Assembly: GCA_012295275.1 (NCBI GenBank)
Contig: CM022665.1
Coordinates: forward strand, 34,286,001 to 34,350,000
Length of the DNA stretch: 64,000 nt
Source: Chrysomallon squamiferum
Taxonomy: Eukaryota; Animalia; Mollusca
Reading direction: 5' to 3'
Under the pieces are notes generated by a model. It did no database searches, had not been told where the DNA came from, and worked only from the letters and a program-made list of their open reading frames with translations. The translations under genes and the position numbers were made by a program. Positions within the stretch are counted from its first letter, which is position 1. The number at the start of each line of letters is the position of its first letter. This document shows, in pieces, positions 1 to 12,600 of this stretch.

Positions 1-3000
1 CATGTAAATGTGAAGCTGCCATAAATCATTTTGGGGTATTAGGTTTGAAAGTAAATAGAACTTAATTTTACATCCAGAATGTATGTTGATTATATATTTA
101 TGTCTTCCAAGTCAGTGATTGGTGATGTATCATGTACAGAATTAGATTTAATAATTACCTAAACATTATTCTGTTAAAACCTGTCAAAATAGGGTCTCTG
201 AAGTTTCCTTAGCTTTTGGCCACATTCCATCTAAACTGGCCCTAATTATTTTTTATAGATATGCATAAAATATAACAAATATGTATAATTGTAAAACAAA
301 GAAGATGTAGTTATATTACAAAAGAAATTATGAAGGTATTTTTTAAAATCTTATTTGTGAACAAATTGAAATTATCACTCAAAAAAATCAAATACAAAAG
401 AAAAAACCTTTTTAAATGTATTCCAGCAATTACATAAATTCATAATATGACATAAATGTATTTTTTTAGTTATTGTACTTATATGTAATTGATTGATTTT
501 ATATCAACCATCTTTATAATCTTTTAATTATTGTAGTTCCATATCACATATATAACGTACATTTCCAAGAGGAGAAAAAAAAGACCCCCAGAAACCCTAT
601 GAAGTAAAAAAATGTAATTTATGGCATTATATTCAATATTAAATAACATAGCTATCCAAAATATATTTTTCTGTGGTTTTTCATTAATTTTATTATTAAT
701 TTTTACTATATTTTTTTTTGTTTTAAGTTACTGAAGCACATATTGTAACTTAATTAAAATTGTGTGTGAATATTTTCAGGAAGTAAACATATATGAAATG
801 TTAAAAGTTCTTGTTTAAAAATTCCGTTACTATTCAATTCTTTATATTATTTATTTAGATGTTTTAGTTACTTTAAGAAAGTTATGGTTGTATAAAGTTA
901 TTTTGAAAACTTTCATAAGGCAGTAACATATTTTGCAGTCTAGATCAAGAATATCAAGATTGAATTTACATAAAAAAGTAATAAAAGTTCATATATATAT
1001 CTCATTTTCTATTTACTAAAGAAATATTTTATTTTTATAATGCATATTGTTTAGTTTTGAAAACACCTTTATTTTTTAAATTAACTTATCTATTAATACC
1101 TTAAAGTGCATCTATTTTCAGGTTTTATTTTCTTGTTATATTTTAAATTTAATAATTACAAATCCCTTTGAAATATACACTGGTTTTATTATTAAGAGAA
1201 AATTATTAAAAGAAATAAATAAATACATCTAATTTTTCATTTTATTTATGCCTTTTAGTGCACAAATATTCCCTGTAGTTGCAGTTTACAGAAATGTAAA
1301 TTAGATAATTGGTTCTGAAGTTCATAAATGCCATCAAATTATAACTAATTTCAAAATAAAAAATGTTATGCAAAGAATGTATAGTTTGACATACAAGGAA
1401 AATTACTAATAAATAAATGCAGTAATTTGTTTTGTATCAAGAATACACTTTATCTTATAACTTTATCATAAATAAATTTCATGTATGTACAAATTTCATT
1501 TAAGATATTATTTGATTTTATTGAGACATTTTCCTTGTTTTGTTGCTAGAGAATTCTAATAATTTTTTTTAATACTTAATTCCATCAATTTCATTTTTTT
1601 TACGTATGCTGAAAGATTATGTGTCTGCTTAAATTTTTACTAAAAAATAATTAATATATTGCAGCTGAAAGCTAATTTCAAGAGGTGTATATTTAAAATG
1701 TCATTAAAAATACTTTAAATTATATTTTAATCAGTTACTTTTAAATCAGGCCTGAATAATTAACTTACCTGACATATTTATATAAAGCTGTCTTTAGCAT
1801 CAATATGTATATTATGTAATTTGAAATGTAAATTAATTGAAATGCATAAATTTAAAAACAATATTTATTAATATAAATAGTACTTTTTGTATATAAAAAT
1901 GTTCTGATTAAACCAATGCTCCAATTACAATTTAAGTGGCAGCTACATTTATAAAATATGCAAATTGTGTTTATTTCAAACATTAAATTAACATATTTTG
2001 CATTGTTATTATTAAACTGTTTGATAATGGTGCTGCCTCTCAGCCAAGAGAGCAAAATCTGTTTCAATTATTTGATAGTTACTATGTAACGTATCTAGTT
2101 CCAATAAAAAATCTTATAAACATGATTGGTATTTTTAAAATTTATTCATTGTTTTCTGTCTGGGAAATGCAATTCATCATTTTTTCATTTCTCAACTGAT
2201 TATCAACATAATAACTGATAACATGTTTTCACGTTATCAGGGGTTACATTCCTGTTATATGAGAGAAAAATTACATCACAAATGCCCTAATTTTCATTAG
2301 CATATAAAATATTTTCTGTACACATCTTCCTAGAATAGGTGCACAGGTGAGAATTAATCCCACAAACCACTTAGCCAATATGAATGTAACATGGAACAAG
2401 GCAAGGAAAAGCTATTTAACACAACACTCCTATGGAACATGTACCAAAATACAATCCAGTCAATGGGTCCATCAGGTCAGATTGTTCTCTGCTTTGATTC
2501 AAATCTTTTACTCAAAGGTTATTCAATATTTATTTATTTAATTAATTAAAAAAAAAAAGGGAAGGTGTTAGTCAACTCGAGGATTTTTTTGATACAATAA
2601 TAATAAAAAAAGAGACATAAAAGTGAATGTTTATTAAGTAGCACTGCACACACACTGAACACAAAATTCTGAATGGTTTATTTTTCCATAATTAAAAAAA
2701 TCAGAAATGTGTTTGTTTCTTTAACATGATTTGTATGTACTTTTCCACACAAATACCACAATTTCAATTTTAATATCGATGAAATTATTCTATACAAGGG
2801 CCAGAGATGTCAGTGCTGAAAATATAAATCCAATATTTGTATGTATTTAGATAAGTCCTGCTTGAAATGAAAATGGTTTACCACAAACACTTAACTGTGA
2901 TAAGGTGACAGTAAATCACAGGAGTTACATCTATCAAAATGTAATATACAATACTTTCTAATTGAAGATATACTTCAAACATATAATATGGTTCATGATA

Positions 3001-3609
3001 TAAATCCATGTGTCAGCAAAATGAACAAAAATGTAAAAATCAGCATCTAAAGGTAGTAACTATAGTCATATTCAATGTGTTAAGTTCAAAGAGTAAAAAA
3101 GGAAAATATGTTTGTAGGATTTATTACCTATTAATAACAACCATCTATAATCCCCCCCCCCTACCTATCCAGCCTCTACCTATCATGATTCTAATACTGC
3201 AGACATCTATTTCACACATAGTGTTAATAAATATCATAAGATATTAGATATAACACATCCCTAGCTAGTCTGTGTTATAATATGCCATGTATAGTTTAGA
3301 TAATCCTTATAAAGAATAGTTAAATTAAAATAAATCTATGTTATGTGAGATGAAATCTTGGGTGAATTTTATTTTATTTTTTTATATATTTTTAGTTTTG
3401 TTTTACAGAAATACAACTAAATACATGTATATATATCACTGTCTAGTAGTACAATTTTGAAAACGAATTACTTATCCTACAGATTCAAACATATGTAAAA
3501 ATATATAATTTTCAGTTATATTTTAATAAAAAATCCAAGCTTGTTAGGACACTCATGTCTTGACAAAAATCTAGTATGTGAGGAGGATTTTACACAACAC
3601 TATATGTGA

Positions 3610-6600
3610 TTACTTCTTTTCCTCCCCAAATGAACTGGAATCAGAACTAGTGTCAGTAACCTGAAAAGAAATAAAATAAAATATTGGTAAAATTTAAAAT
3701 CTGTTGAATAATGCCAATTTAAGTCCCCTATTTTATAAATACATCTTTGCTTTCAAGGAGACTGTATTAGTGTTTCTAATATCTCATACATTCTGTTACT
3801 AAACACTATCTGTTTTAAAGGCAAAAGATACACATTTTCATAATAATTATTATTCAGTATTTTGTTAGTTACAATTCTAATCTTTATTTTAAGGAATAAA
3901 ATACTGTCTTTCTATTTGCAGAAGTATTGTTGTTAGCAAATAATATCTCCAGTTTGTTTCATCTACATTTTACTTACTTTCCACGTAATAGGAATATTGT
4001 TGTTTTTGAACAGTGTTTCCAGCATCTTAACAGCTCTTAGTTTAAGATTAGAGACTTCAAAACCATCTTCCTGTAGCTGTTTTAGTGTTGCTTGTGCAGA
4101 CTCACAGTCATTATTTTGACCTGGAAAATAGTTTTATCTTTTAACAAACAAAAACAGTGTGTTTTGACATATATTCTTCAATTATAAAACAGTTAAAACG
4201 TACATTATTAATATCTGTCCAATAATTACATGTTTTTAACATTTGTGGAAACAATTATTAAAATATAGGCATAACATTTGCAATTTATTAATGGTTTGCA
4301 GATACATAGTTTCTAATTTCAAATGGTTATTTTTTAAAGTAAATAGAGCTGAAAATATCTATCTTACAGACACAAACTGCTTGTTACTTACAGTGTGCAC
4401 CAATGAGATGACTGTATACAAATGGAATATTTCTTAAACCATGTTGTTTTAAAAAGGCTAGTAGTGAGGTCAACTGATCTACCTAAAATCAGAAACTATC
4501 ATAATGAATATCAAAAAATATGATGATACTATCAAACAGTGAAACATCTATGAACTCAATCCTACAGGAAGAATTATAATAAACTATATCTAACAATGTG
4601 CCATTTTGTGTATATTTTAAAAATTATATATTTCCTTTCCATCAAACTCGTTCTGATCTAAGTATATCCAATTCAAAATCTGCTTTTAATTTATAAGAAT
4701 TTGAATTTAAAAAAAAAAAAAAAAAAAAAAAAATAAAAATAAAAACCAGAAAAGAGAATGATGACTTCCTGTGAACAAACTATATGGTATTATTACTATT
4801 ATTATTTTTGTTTTTTTTCCAAATTAGCAGCAAGGTTTCTTTTACATAAGCATCAGTCTGTCTAATCTCTGAAAAACATGAAATCAGTCTATTAACAAAA
4901 TAGTTCCAAACAAAAATCAATATGCTGATTTATCTTTTAAAAGTATTTTCAGTGAATGATTCTCATCAGATCGGTCATGAAGAATAACAATGTTTAATAC
5001 ATAAAATTTGAAGTAAAGAACTTCTTACCCTGCCTTCATTGCTGGCTACAGCTGAAATGTACACAGGATTTACCACTTTTACTAATTCTGGGTATTTCTG
5101 AAAAACACAAAATAAATACCAACAATTAAATTGACAAGTGATGGGGAGTATATAATATAATATATATGTGAGGGGTGCAGAGACATCCCCCAGTATTCTG
5201 CTAAGGTCTGCCTGTGGATGTGTATAATAAATTTAAAAAAAAAAAAAATGCCTGACAATGTGAACTGTATAAAGTTTTTGCAATTATGGCCAGTCCCATG
5301 TAATGCAAAGTAGAAATGCGCTGTAATGTTACTAATGTCATTCCATGGATCTATCCTGATGGACACTGACTTTATTATCTCCTTTGTCAATCTAGTGCAC
5401 TATTTTCAACAAACTGTTGATTACCCCCCCACCACAAATTTCTGCATACAGGCCTGATAAGCACACAAACACACAATACATCAGCTAAAATCAATAGAAC
5501 ACAAACCTGCAAAAGTTCATCAGCTTTTTTTGATCCATTCAGAAAATGAGAGGTCCAAACGGCAGCTACTGGTCGATATAATTGTCCTTTGTCTGCCAGG
5601 TTAATAGCCATTTCTTCAACTATTGTAACAAATCAAACAAAATTAAATGATACATTTTTTACCTTTCTTTGGAGTTGTTTTTTGTGCATTATTTATTGAT
5701 TTACATTCTTTTTATAGGAGTTAGAGGAACAGAATAAAATAAGAAATGGAAATATACACACACATCTGCATATATTCTTTTTATTTTATTTTTTTTAAAT
5801 TCAACTTTTGGAAAATATTTAAATGTTTGGATTTTCTACCTTTTTTTAATAAATGTATAAAAATGTGTATCTGTGGTTCTTAACATTATGCATGAAAATA
5901 ACAAAACAGAGTTATACTGGCTTAAATAAACTGTAAATGATTTTTAAAAATATATGTATATGGGTCATTCCGTGTTAAATCACCCAATGGGTTAAACCCG
6001 ACCGTCTCAGATTTTTATCAAACTTGGTATACTTGATTACTGGGATCCCACAGCACCAAATCTGAAATTTTAGGCCAATCGGATCAGTGGTGTGGGAGAT
6101 GCGGTCCCCCTGAATTTTGAGATGTTTGGCAAAAATGGGCGTGACCACCAACCTTTGAACCCTCATATCTCATGAACTACTGGGCCAATCTTCATAAAAC
6201 TGGTATTGTTGAAAAGGCAATATGACAAGGATTCCAAATCTGCCATTATTGATCAGTCACCTTTTGACCTTTGTTACGACCTTGTGGTCACCACTGGTCT
6301 GATTGGCCTAAAATAGGTATACCAAGTTTTATAAAAATCTGAGACGGTCTGGTTTAAATTTAAATTTTTTGGGGGGGTGATTTGACATGGAATGACCCAT
6401 ATGTATATATAAAATACAAGTAATACCTTGTTTGAAATGTTCTGGAGATTTGGAAGCAAGATTTCTCAGATTAAAATTGGTAATATAACTGTCCAAGTCA
6501 CTCTCATTGTCCTTTAGATGTTCTATGCCTTTGTCAACTTGATCACTACAAAGAAAAATAACAAAATGATGATAAAACAAACATTATTTTCTTAAAAATG

Positions 6601-9600
6601 TTACAGTAAAACCTTTTTTAGTTTTAATTAATATGAAAAATATGTTTATCACATGGATGTTATAATAAAATTTTCATTACATTATATTCTTATTTTTAAA
6701 TAATTGTTTTTAAGCAATAATATCTATTAGTTTAAAGAAAAATGGATAATTATGAAAATATTTTAATGTTACCTTTTTTCTGTATACTTTATTTCTTATC
6801 AATTCCTGAAAAGTTAAGGTTAACTTGTAAAGAAATTAACCGTTCTTCAAACTTTATACTTGCCTCTTTAGAATATTCAACAACTCTTGGGAAGGGTAAA
6901 AAAAAAGACAACAATCAAATGTGGAATGATCCAATAATAATTTCACTTACTCTGTTAAATAAGCCTGCAGAATGTGTGGGTAGAGAGCCAGTTTCAACCT
7001 CCCAGGCACATTAACGTCTTTTTTTATCAGCAACAAATTTTCATGGTCACCTTTTTCTCCCAAGTGTCTCAGCAAAATTCTCATATCTTAAACACAATCA
7101 ATACATTAACCAAGTTTAAAGGATCATCACAATGATTTTCAGCACTTTCTAGTAAATAATGTATTCCATATCTTTCTTCCAAATCATGAACAGACGAAGA
7201 TCTCAAATAAAAACATCCAATATGTGTAATATGATAAAAAAGTGATTAATTTATAGAAGTCTGTTTCATTTTTAATGTAGTTAACATCAATTTCAAAATT
7301 ACAATTATAATCCTTACCGTTGAGATGTTTATATATATAAAAAAATAATAATAATAACAAAAAATTACATTACTCTATCTGTTAAGGTTTACATAATCGC
7401 ATCACATTTTGGTTTATTTCATTAATTTTAAATTAGTGCCTAACGTTATCAGATTTATTGAGGTGCCAATAAAGTTGGTGGTAAAAACTAAAAATTATGT
7501 CAACAAAAAACGATGTCAAAATAAAACTTCAAATTTCTGCATATAAAAAGTAGAATAAAATAAAATTGTATTTCCTAATGCTATATCAAAACTAGGAGTA
7601 TAAATGCATCTTTTAAATAAAAACCTATATAACTGAAGGTGTTTAGATATTTTGTATTAGTTTAAGAAACATTTAAGTGATGAACAAACCTGTGACATTC
7701 TTTTGTGCCAACAGAGCCTTCACAATATTGACAAGATTTATTTCACTCTCACTGCTTTTCACACTGAATAAAACAAAATAATATTTATAAAATTAGCTTC
7801 TTTAATACTGAATTTACTATTCAGAAGAAAGATGTTTTTAGTTTATATGACTGCCAAAGGAAGTTTTTAACAGAGCTAATAGTTCAGACATAGTAAAAAT
7901 AATTTCTTATTAATTATAATATATCTGATGAAAAACAAAAATAAATAAATAAGAATAATAATGCAAGGAGAGTAGTAATAGTGGTAATATCAGAAATAAA
8001 TGCAATCAATTTAAGTACATTTTATTGAAGAAACTAATGATTTTCAGATTATGTTTAATAAAAGTGCTACATACCTTTCACATAAAACTTCAAAATCATC
8101 AAATTTGTTATCTGCAATTAACTGTAAAGCTTCTTTTTCTGCTGAGTTGAGAGGAACTTCAGCTTTCTGATGTGTCAAAGAGAAGAAAAATGATGAAAAT
8201 AGTAAATATGTCAAAGTAGTCAAACAATTTAGTCTTATGTCCAAGACATCAGGCATTTGGCTTTATGACTAAAATTTGCATGAATTAGGTCAAATGCCTG
8301 CATTTGGTTGACACTCTGCCCAACTGCAATTCAGGCAATGAGTCTACCAAGAAGATCCCAAAACTTCACTTACACTGCTGTTACAGAAACACTAATGGCC
8401 TTAAAATAAAACAGCAAAGAAGAAATCTGATCTTAAACAAGAAAAATCAACACATGGCCACATTTTGTAACAAAGCCATGTGAGCAAAATTTGGAGAAAT
8501 AACAGCAGAGGTCAAAATTGAAATTCAACTCAGGACATCCCCACCAGTGCTAAATCCTGCCACCAGTGAACTACAAAGATTTAATTTCAGGAAGCATTTC
8601 CCACTAGCAGCAACCAAAGAGATAACAGTGAATAAAACTTTGATTAAAATGAATGAACTTACCCATACATCTTTTTTTTGTGTGCGTTGTCTAGTTTGAA
8701 CAGCATCTTTCTGAAATTAATTAAATTCAGAAATCACTGCCTTAATTGTGAAATAATTTTAAAATCAAGCAGAGAGTAAAAAAAAATTAAAAAAAAAATT
8801 AAAAACTTATTTTTAAACAATTTAAATTATTTTGTCTTCAGATTCAATTATAGAAAATCATTTTCATTTTCCCTATGAAATAGTTCCTTGAGCTGTGATA
8901 GGCGTAAGAAATCATGTTTTAAAATTAAGTAACCACACAGGAAGGATTAAAAATAGACATGTCAGAATTAAATGTCAAATGCCTCCTTGTAATATCTTAG
9001 TAACTGTATGTGCTTAAGCAAAAAAGAAAGATTTTTGAACTAAATGGCTCAACATAAAGTGAGCTGAGTTGCAGCTCATTTGTTTTTTTATTTTAGCTAT
9101 AATACCAAAGACATTATACCTGAGTTACTACCTGAAGCAGAGGCTTAATCTGTTGCTTGATATTTTCTGGTAACTCCTTCTTTGCCTTCTGGAATTCTCT
9201 TCCCAAATACACCAAAGTACGCTTGCTAGGTAGAACATTTTCTTCTTCAAACTGGTCCAGAACTGATAATGCTTTGTCCAAATCATCATTGTTAACTGAA
9301 ACCACAAAGTTTATAAAACAATTTATTTGTTAATAATGACTAAAGAATAATGGAAATTCAAAAAACAGACATGAAGATAATTCTTTAATCATTTAATTTC
9401 TCCAGTAAGTAACCTTTGTTAAAAATAGAAGGATAAATAACAATTAAAATATCATGAAATTTGTTTTAATTGTTAAAAAAAGAAGAAAAAGAAAACCATC
9501 AGACACCCACATACACACACACACACAAAACATATGCTAAATCCTCTTAAAAGTGTAAGAAAAAAGTAACTCATTTCTTACTGTATCCTCTCATAAGATG

Positions 9601-12600
9601 GAACAACATTTCATCTCTGTCAATATCAAACATGTCCTTGGTAACGTTAACCAGATTTTCCAGTGCTGTAATCTTAAATAAAAGTTATGAAATCATCTCA
9701 GTGTAAACATGTGTATAATCTATTTTAATCCATAAAAAAACCATGCATTATAATAAAAATGTGATGAGGTCATTCTGGGTCAATTCATAGTGATTGTAAC
9801 CCAGCTGATTCAGATTTTGATAAAAATTAGCATACAAGTTTGTTTTGGTTTCAAATGCTTTATTCTACAAATACTTTTGGATAGATGTTCTTTTACAATT
9901 TGTTTTGGTCAAAATGATCATGGCTGACCACCAATCATTAGGTCCCCAACATCTAGAAATCAGTGTGCCTATCTTCAGAATGTTGTTTGAAAGATAATTC
10001 TGTAAGAAATCCAAATTTGCAATTTTCTTTATTAGAGGAACATTTCAATGGTTCAAACCTTTTGACCTTTTGTTTGGCCTTGAATTTGCCTTTATGGCTC
10101 ACATGACCTTGAACTGATCTTCTGTCAGAATTATAGCCCAGGATATTAGTAACAACATTAAAAAAAATAAAATTCAGTGTTTTTTAAAGTAATGCAGTAT
10201 AATCTTTTGGAAACAGTATTTTATCAATAACAATTATTGTTTTAATTAGGTACCAGCAGGCATATTTTTTCTGACTTTAACTTCATATAAGATGCAAGAA
10301 CATTAGCGCAAAATGAACGCTGTAGCACAAAGAAACAAAATACACCAAACATTATGACTATCTCCTGCGTTTCAAAAGATATATGCAAATCCGTATGACA
10401 GGTATTTGGTTGTTTTTTTAGCCCTATTTTGGCTAATTAGCAGAAAGGGCAACTTTGGCCAACTGTAGTTTGAAAAATAACTGATACAAAAGACTTAAAA
10501 TTGACAAGAGTGCTGGGGCCAACTCGTTAAATGAGCTCAATTTGTTTCAGACCTGTATGTTTTTATGTGTGTTCACAATAACATGGTAAACTTGCCAAAA
10601 ATCTTCAAAATAACATGTGGCAGAATGACTAAAAGTGCAAATAGACACTGTGGTTTCAGTTTTTGTCTTATTTAAAAAATTCAACCTGTGTTGTGAACAA
10701 TTTATCAAGATCTTTCAGATGACATACATGAAATTAACATTTTTTTTTTTTGGTAAGCACATAAACAAAAATTACCTTTGCAATTTATATAGAATAGCAC
10801 AGCTTTATTTACATATGCAGCTTGAATTTTCACACTGTTAAATAATTAGTAGTAATACTGTGATGGGTATATATCATATATATATATATATAAATGTTAC
10901 TTAAAAGGACTACAAGCTTTTGATGAGGAAGTATAATCCTTTGTAATACATTAACTTAGCTAATCCTTGGAGTCTACTCTGGAAAGGTGTTGCAGGTATT
11001 AATTAGGGGCAATAAAATGTATGTACTCGTGCGACAAAAGGCAATTATAGACACAGGTGTGGTAAGTCTGTCATTTGAAGCAGACTTAAAATAATTTTCT
11101 TAGCTTTGTACTTGTTCTGATTTGACAGCAAATAAAAGTTACCTATCATCTGACCATTGTTGAAATTTTCTCTGATAGAGCTTATCAACAAGCAAAAATA
11201 ATCTAAGTTTTAAAACTGATCAATTTATGATTTTATGATATTAAAAAAAAGTTATTAGTTTTTTTATTCAGCATTCCTCAATACCTCAGAATGCATTGTT
11301 CTGTTATGTAGTAAAGTTTGTTATGTTTACGATTCTGAAATTGCAAGAATTTGCAAGCAAAATAATGGACTGTTTTAGAATGGAAGATAGTAATTATCTA
11401 TGGCAATTTCGCTCTGTAGAAAATGTAACTTAATGGCAATTTCACTAAGCACCTGCTACTTTCAAATGCAGAGCTTCTCTTCACCAAAGAAGGCATACCG
11501 TAGTGTCACACATTGTGTGATAGGTAATCAAATGAGCTTTCATTTGATCCTGCGAATGTAGGTGTTATTTTTCACCCAGTTTTTTTAAAAACTGGTTTGA
11601 AGGCATGAAAAAGTACATTTTTGGACACAACTTTTGATATAAAGCATTACCAGGAACAACATGCACGCTGTTAGAAAGATTGAACTTTAACCTCCCCATG
11701 CTGTGATAAAAATAACATTTAAGCCACTTTGTACAGGGACCCTATTTTAGGACCTTTTACTCCATGCTGTTAATTGCTGACCACGGGCCCCAAATTCGTT
11801 TACCCCCCACTGATTTAACACTCTCTTACAAAGGACTGGTTTAACACACAGTAAAAACAATATCACCATTTAAAAGAACACATAATTATTTTCATTTCCA
11901 TGTTTTTGTTTTTTATGGTATGTTTTATAAAAGGCATTTGGGAATGGAGGAAAATGGACAAAATCTGAACTTTTAACAGTTTGACCAGTTATATCGGCTA
12001 GGCTGCCAGTACCTATTTTAATAATAAAGAAAAAATGTTATTCAACAGAACTAAGGCAAGCACAAAAGATAAGTTGTTGGTTAAAAGAAAATTCAATGAA
12101 ATATTACTGCTAGACAAGCATTGCATACTGCTATATTATAAACTTAGCTATATAAATGTACCTTTTTCTCTCTAATAAAGTTATTACAGGCAAATGCAAG
12201 TCTTGGCATTCTTGCTCTCAAACCTGGTGTCTGAAATTACAAGTGTTATAAAAAATAAAGATTATTAATGCAGAGAATAAAATAACTGATTAATATGATA
12301 TACAGGTGTAAATACATTTTTTCAACAATAAATTAATAAATTTAAATGAAAACATTTGTGTATTACCTCTGCAGTTTTACTCAATGCACATATAAACATC
12401 TAATAAATTCTCTATTTCTTATGTTAAAGTGTACATCAACATTCGACACTATTTTTGAGACATTCCGTTTACTAAATGTTTGAAACAATCTTGACATAAG
12501 CTTAAGATTCAAAACTCTAATACTGCTGTATGTAATAAAAAAATAAAAAATAAATCAAAGAAACTGCACGTGTTTTTGGACAGTATCTTAGAAGGAAGAA

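Noticed and set aside
1-3600. Short ORFs (1852, 2347, 3008) in the first 3.6 kb
   Set aside because: AT-rich composition, no splice-consistent exon chain and no recognisable domain. Likely LRPPRC 3' UTR and intergenic or neighbouring UTR sequence.
5029-5034. Apparent phase mismatch suggesting a GC-AG intron or frameshift near the LRPPRC C-terminus
   Set aside because: Resolved by an additional canonical exon at 4482-4392 (VDQLTSLLAFLKQHGLRNIPFVYSHLIGAH), which restores the phase.
8250-8300. SECIS-like ATGA..AAA..GA in a hairpin
   Set aside because: Helix II is far too short, and the site is intronic and antisense to the host gene.
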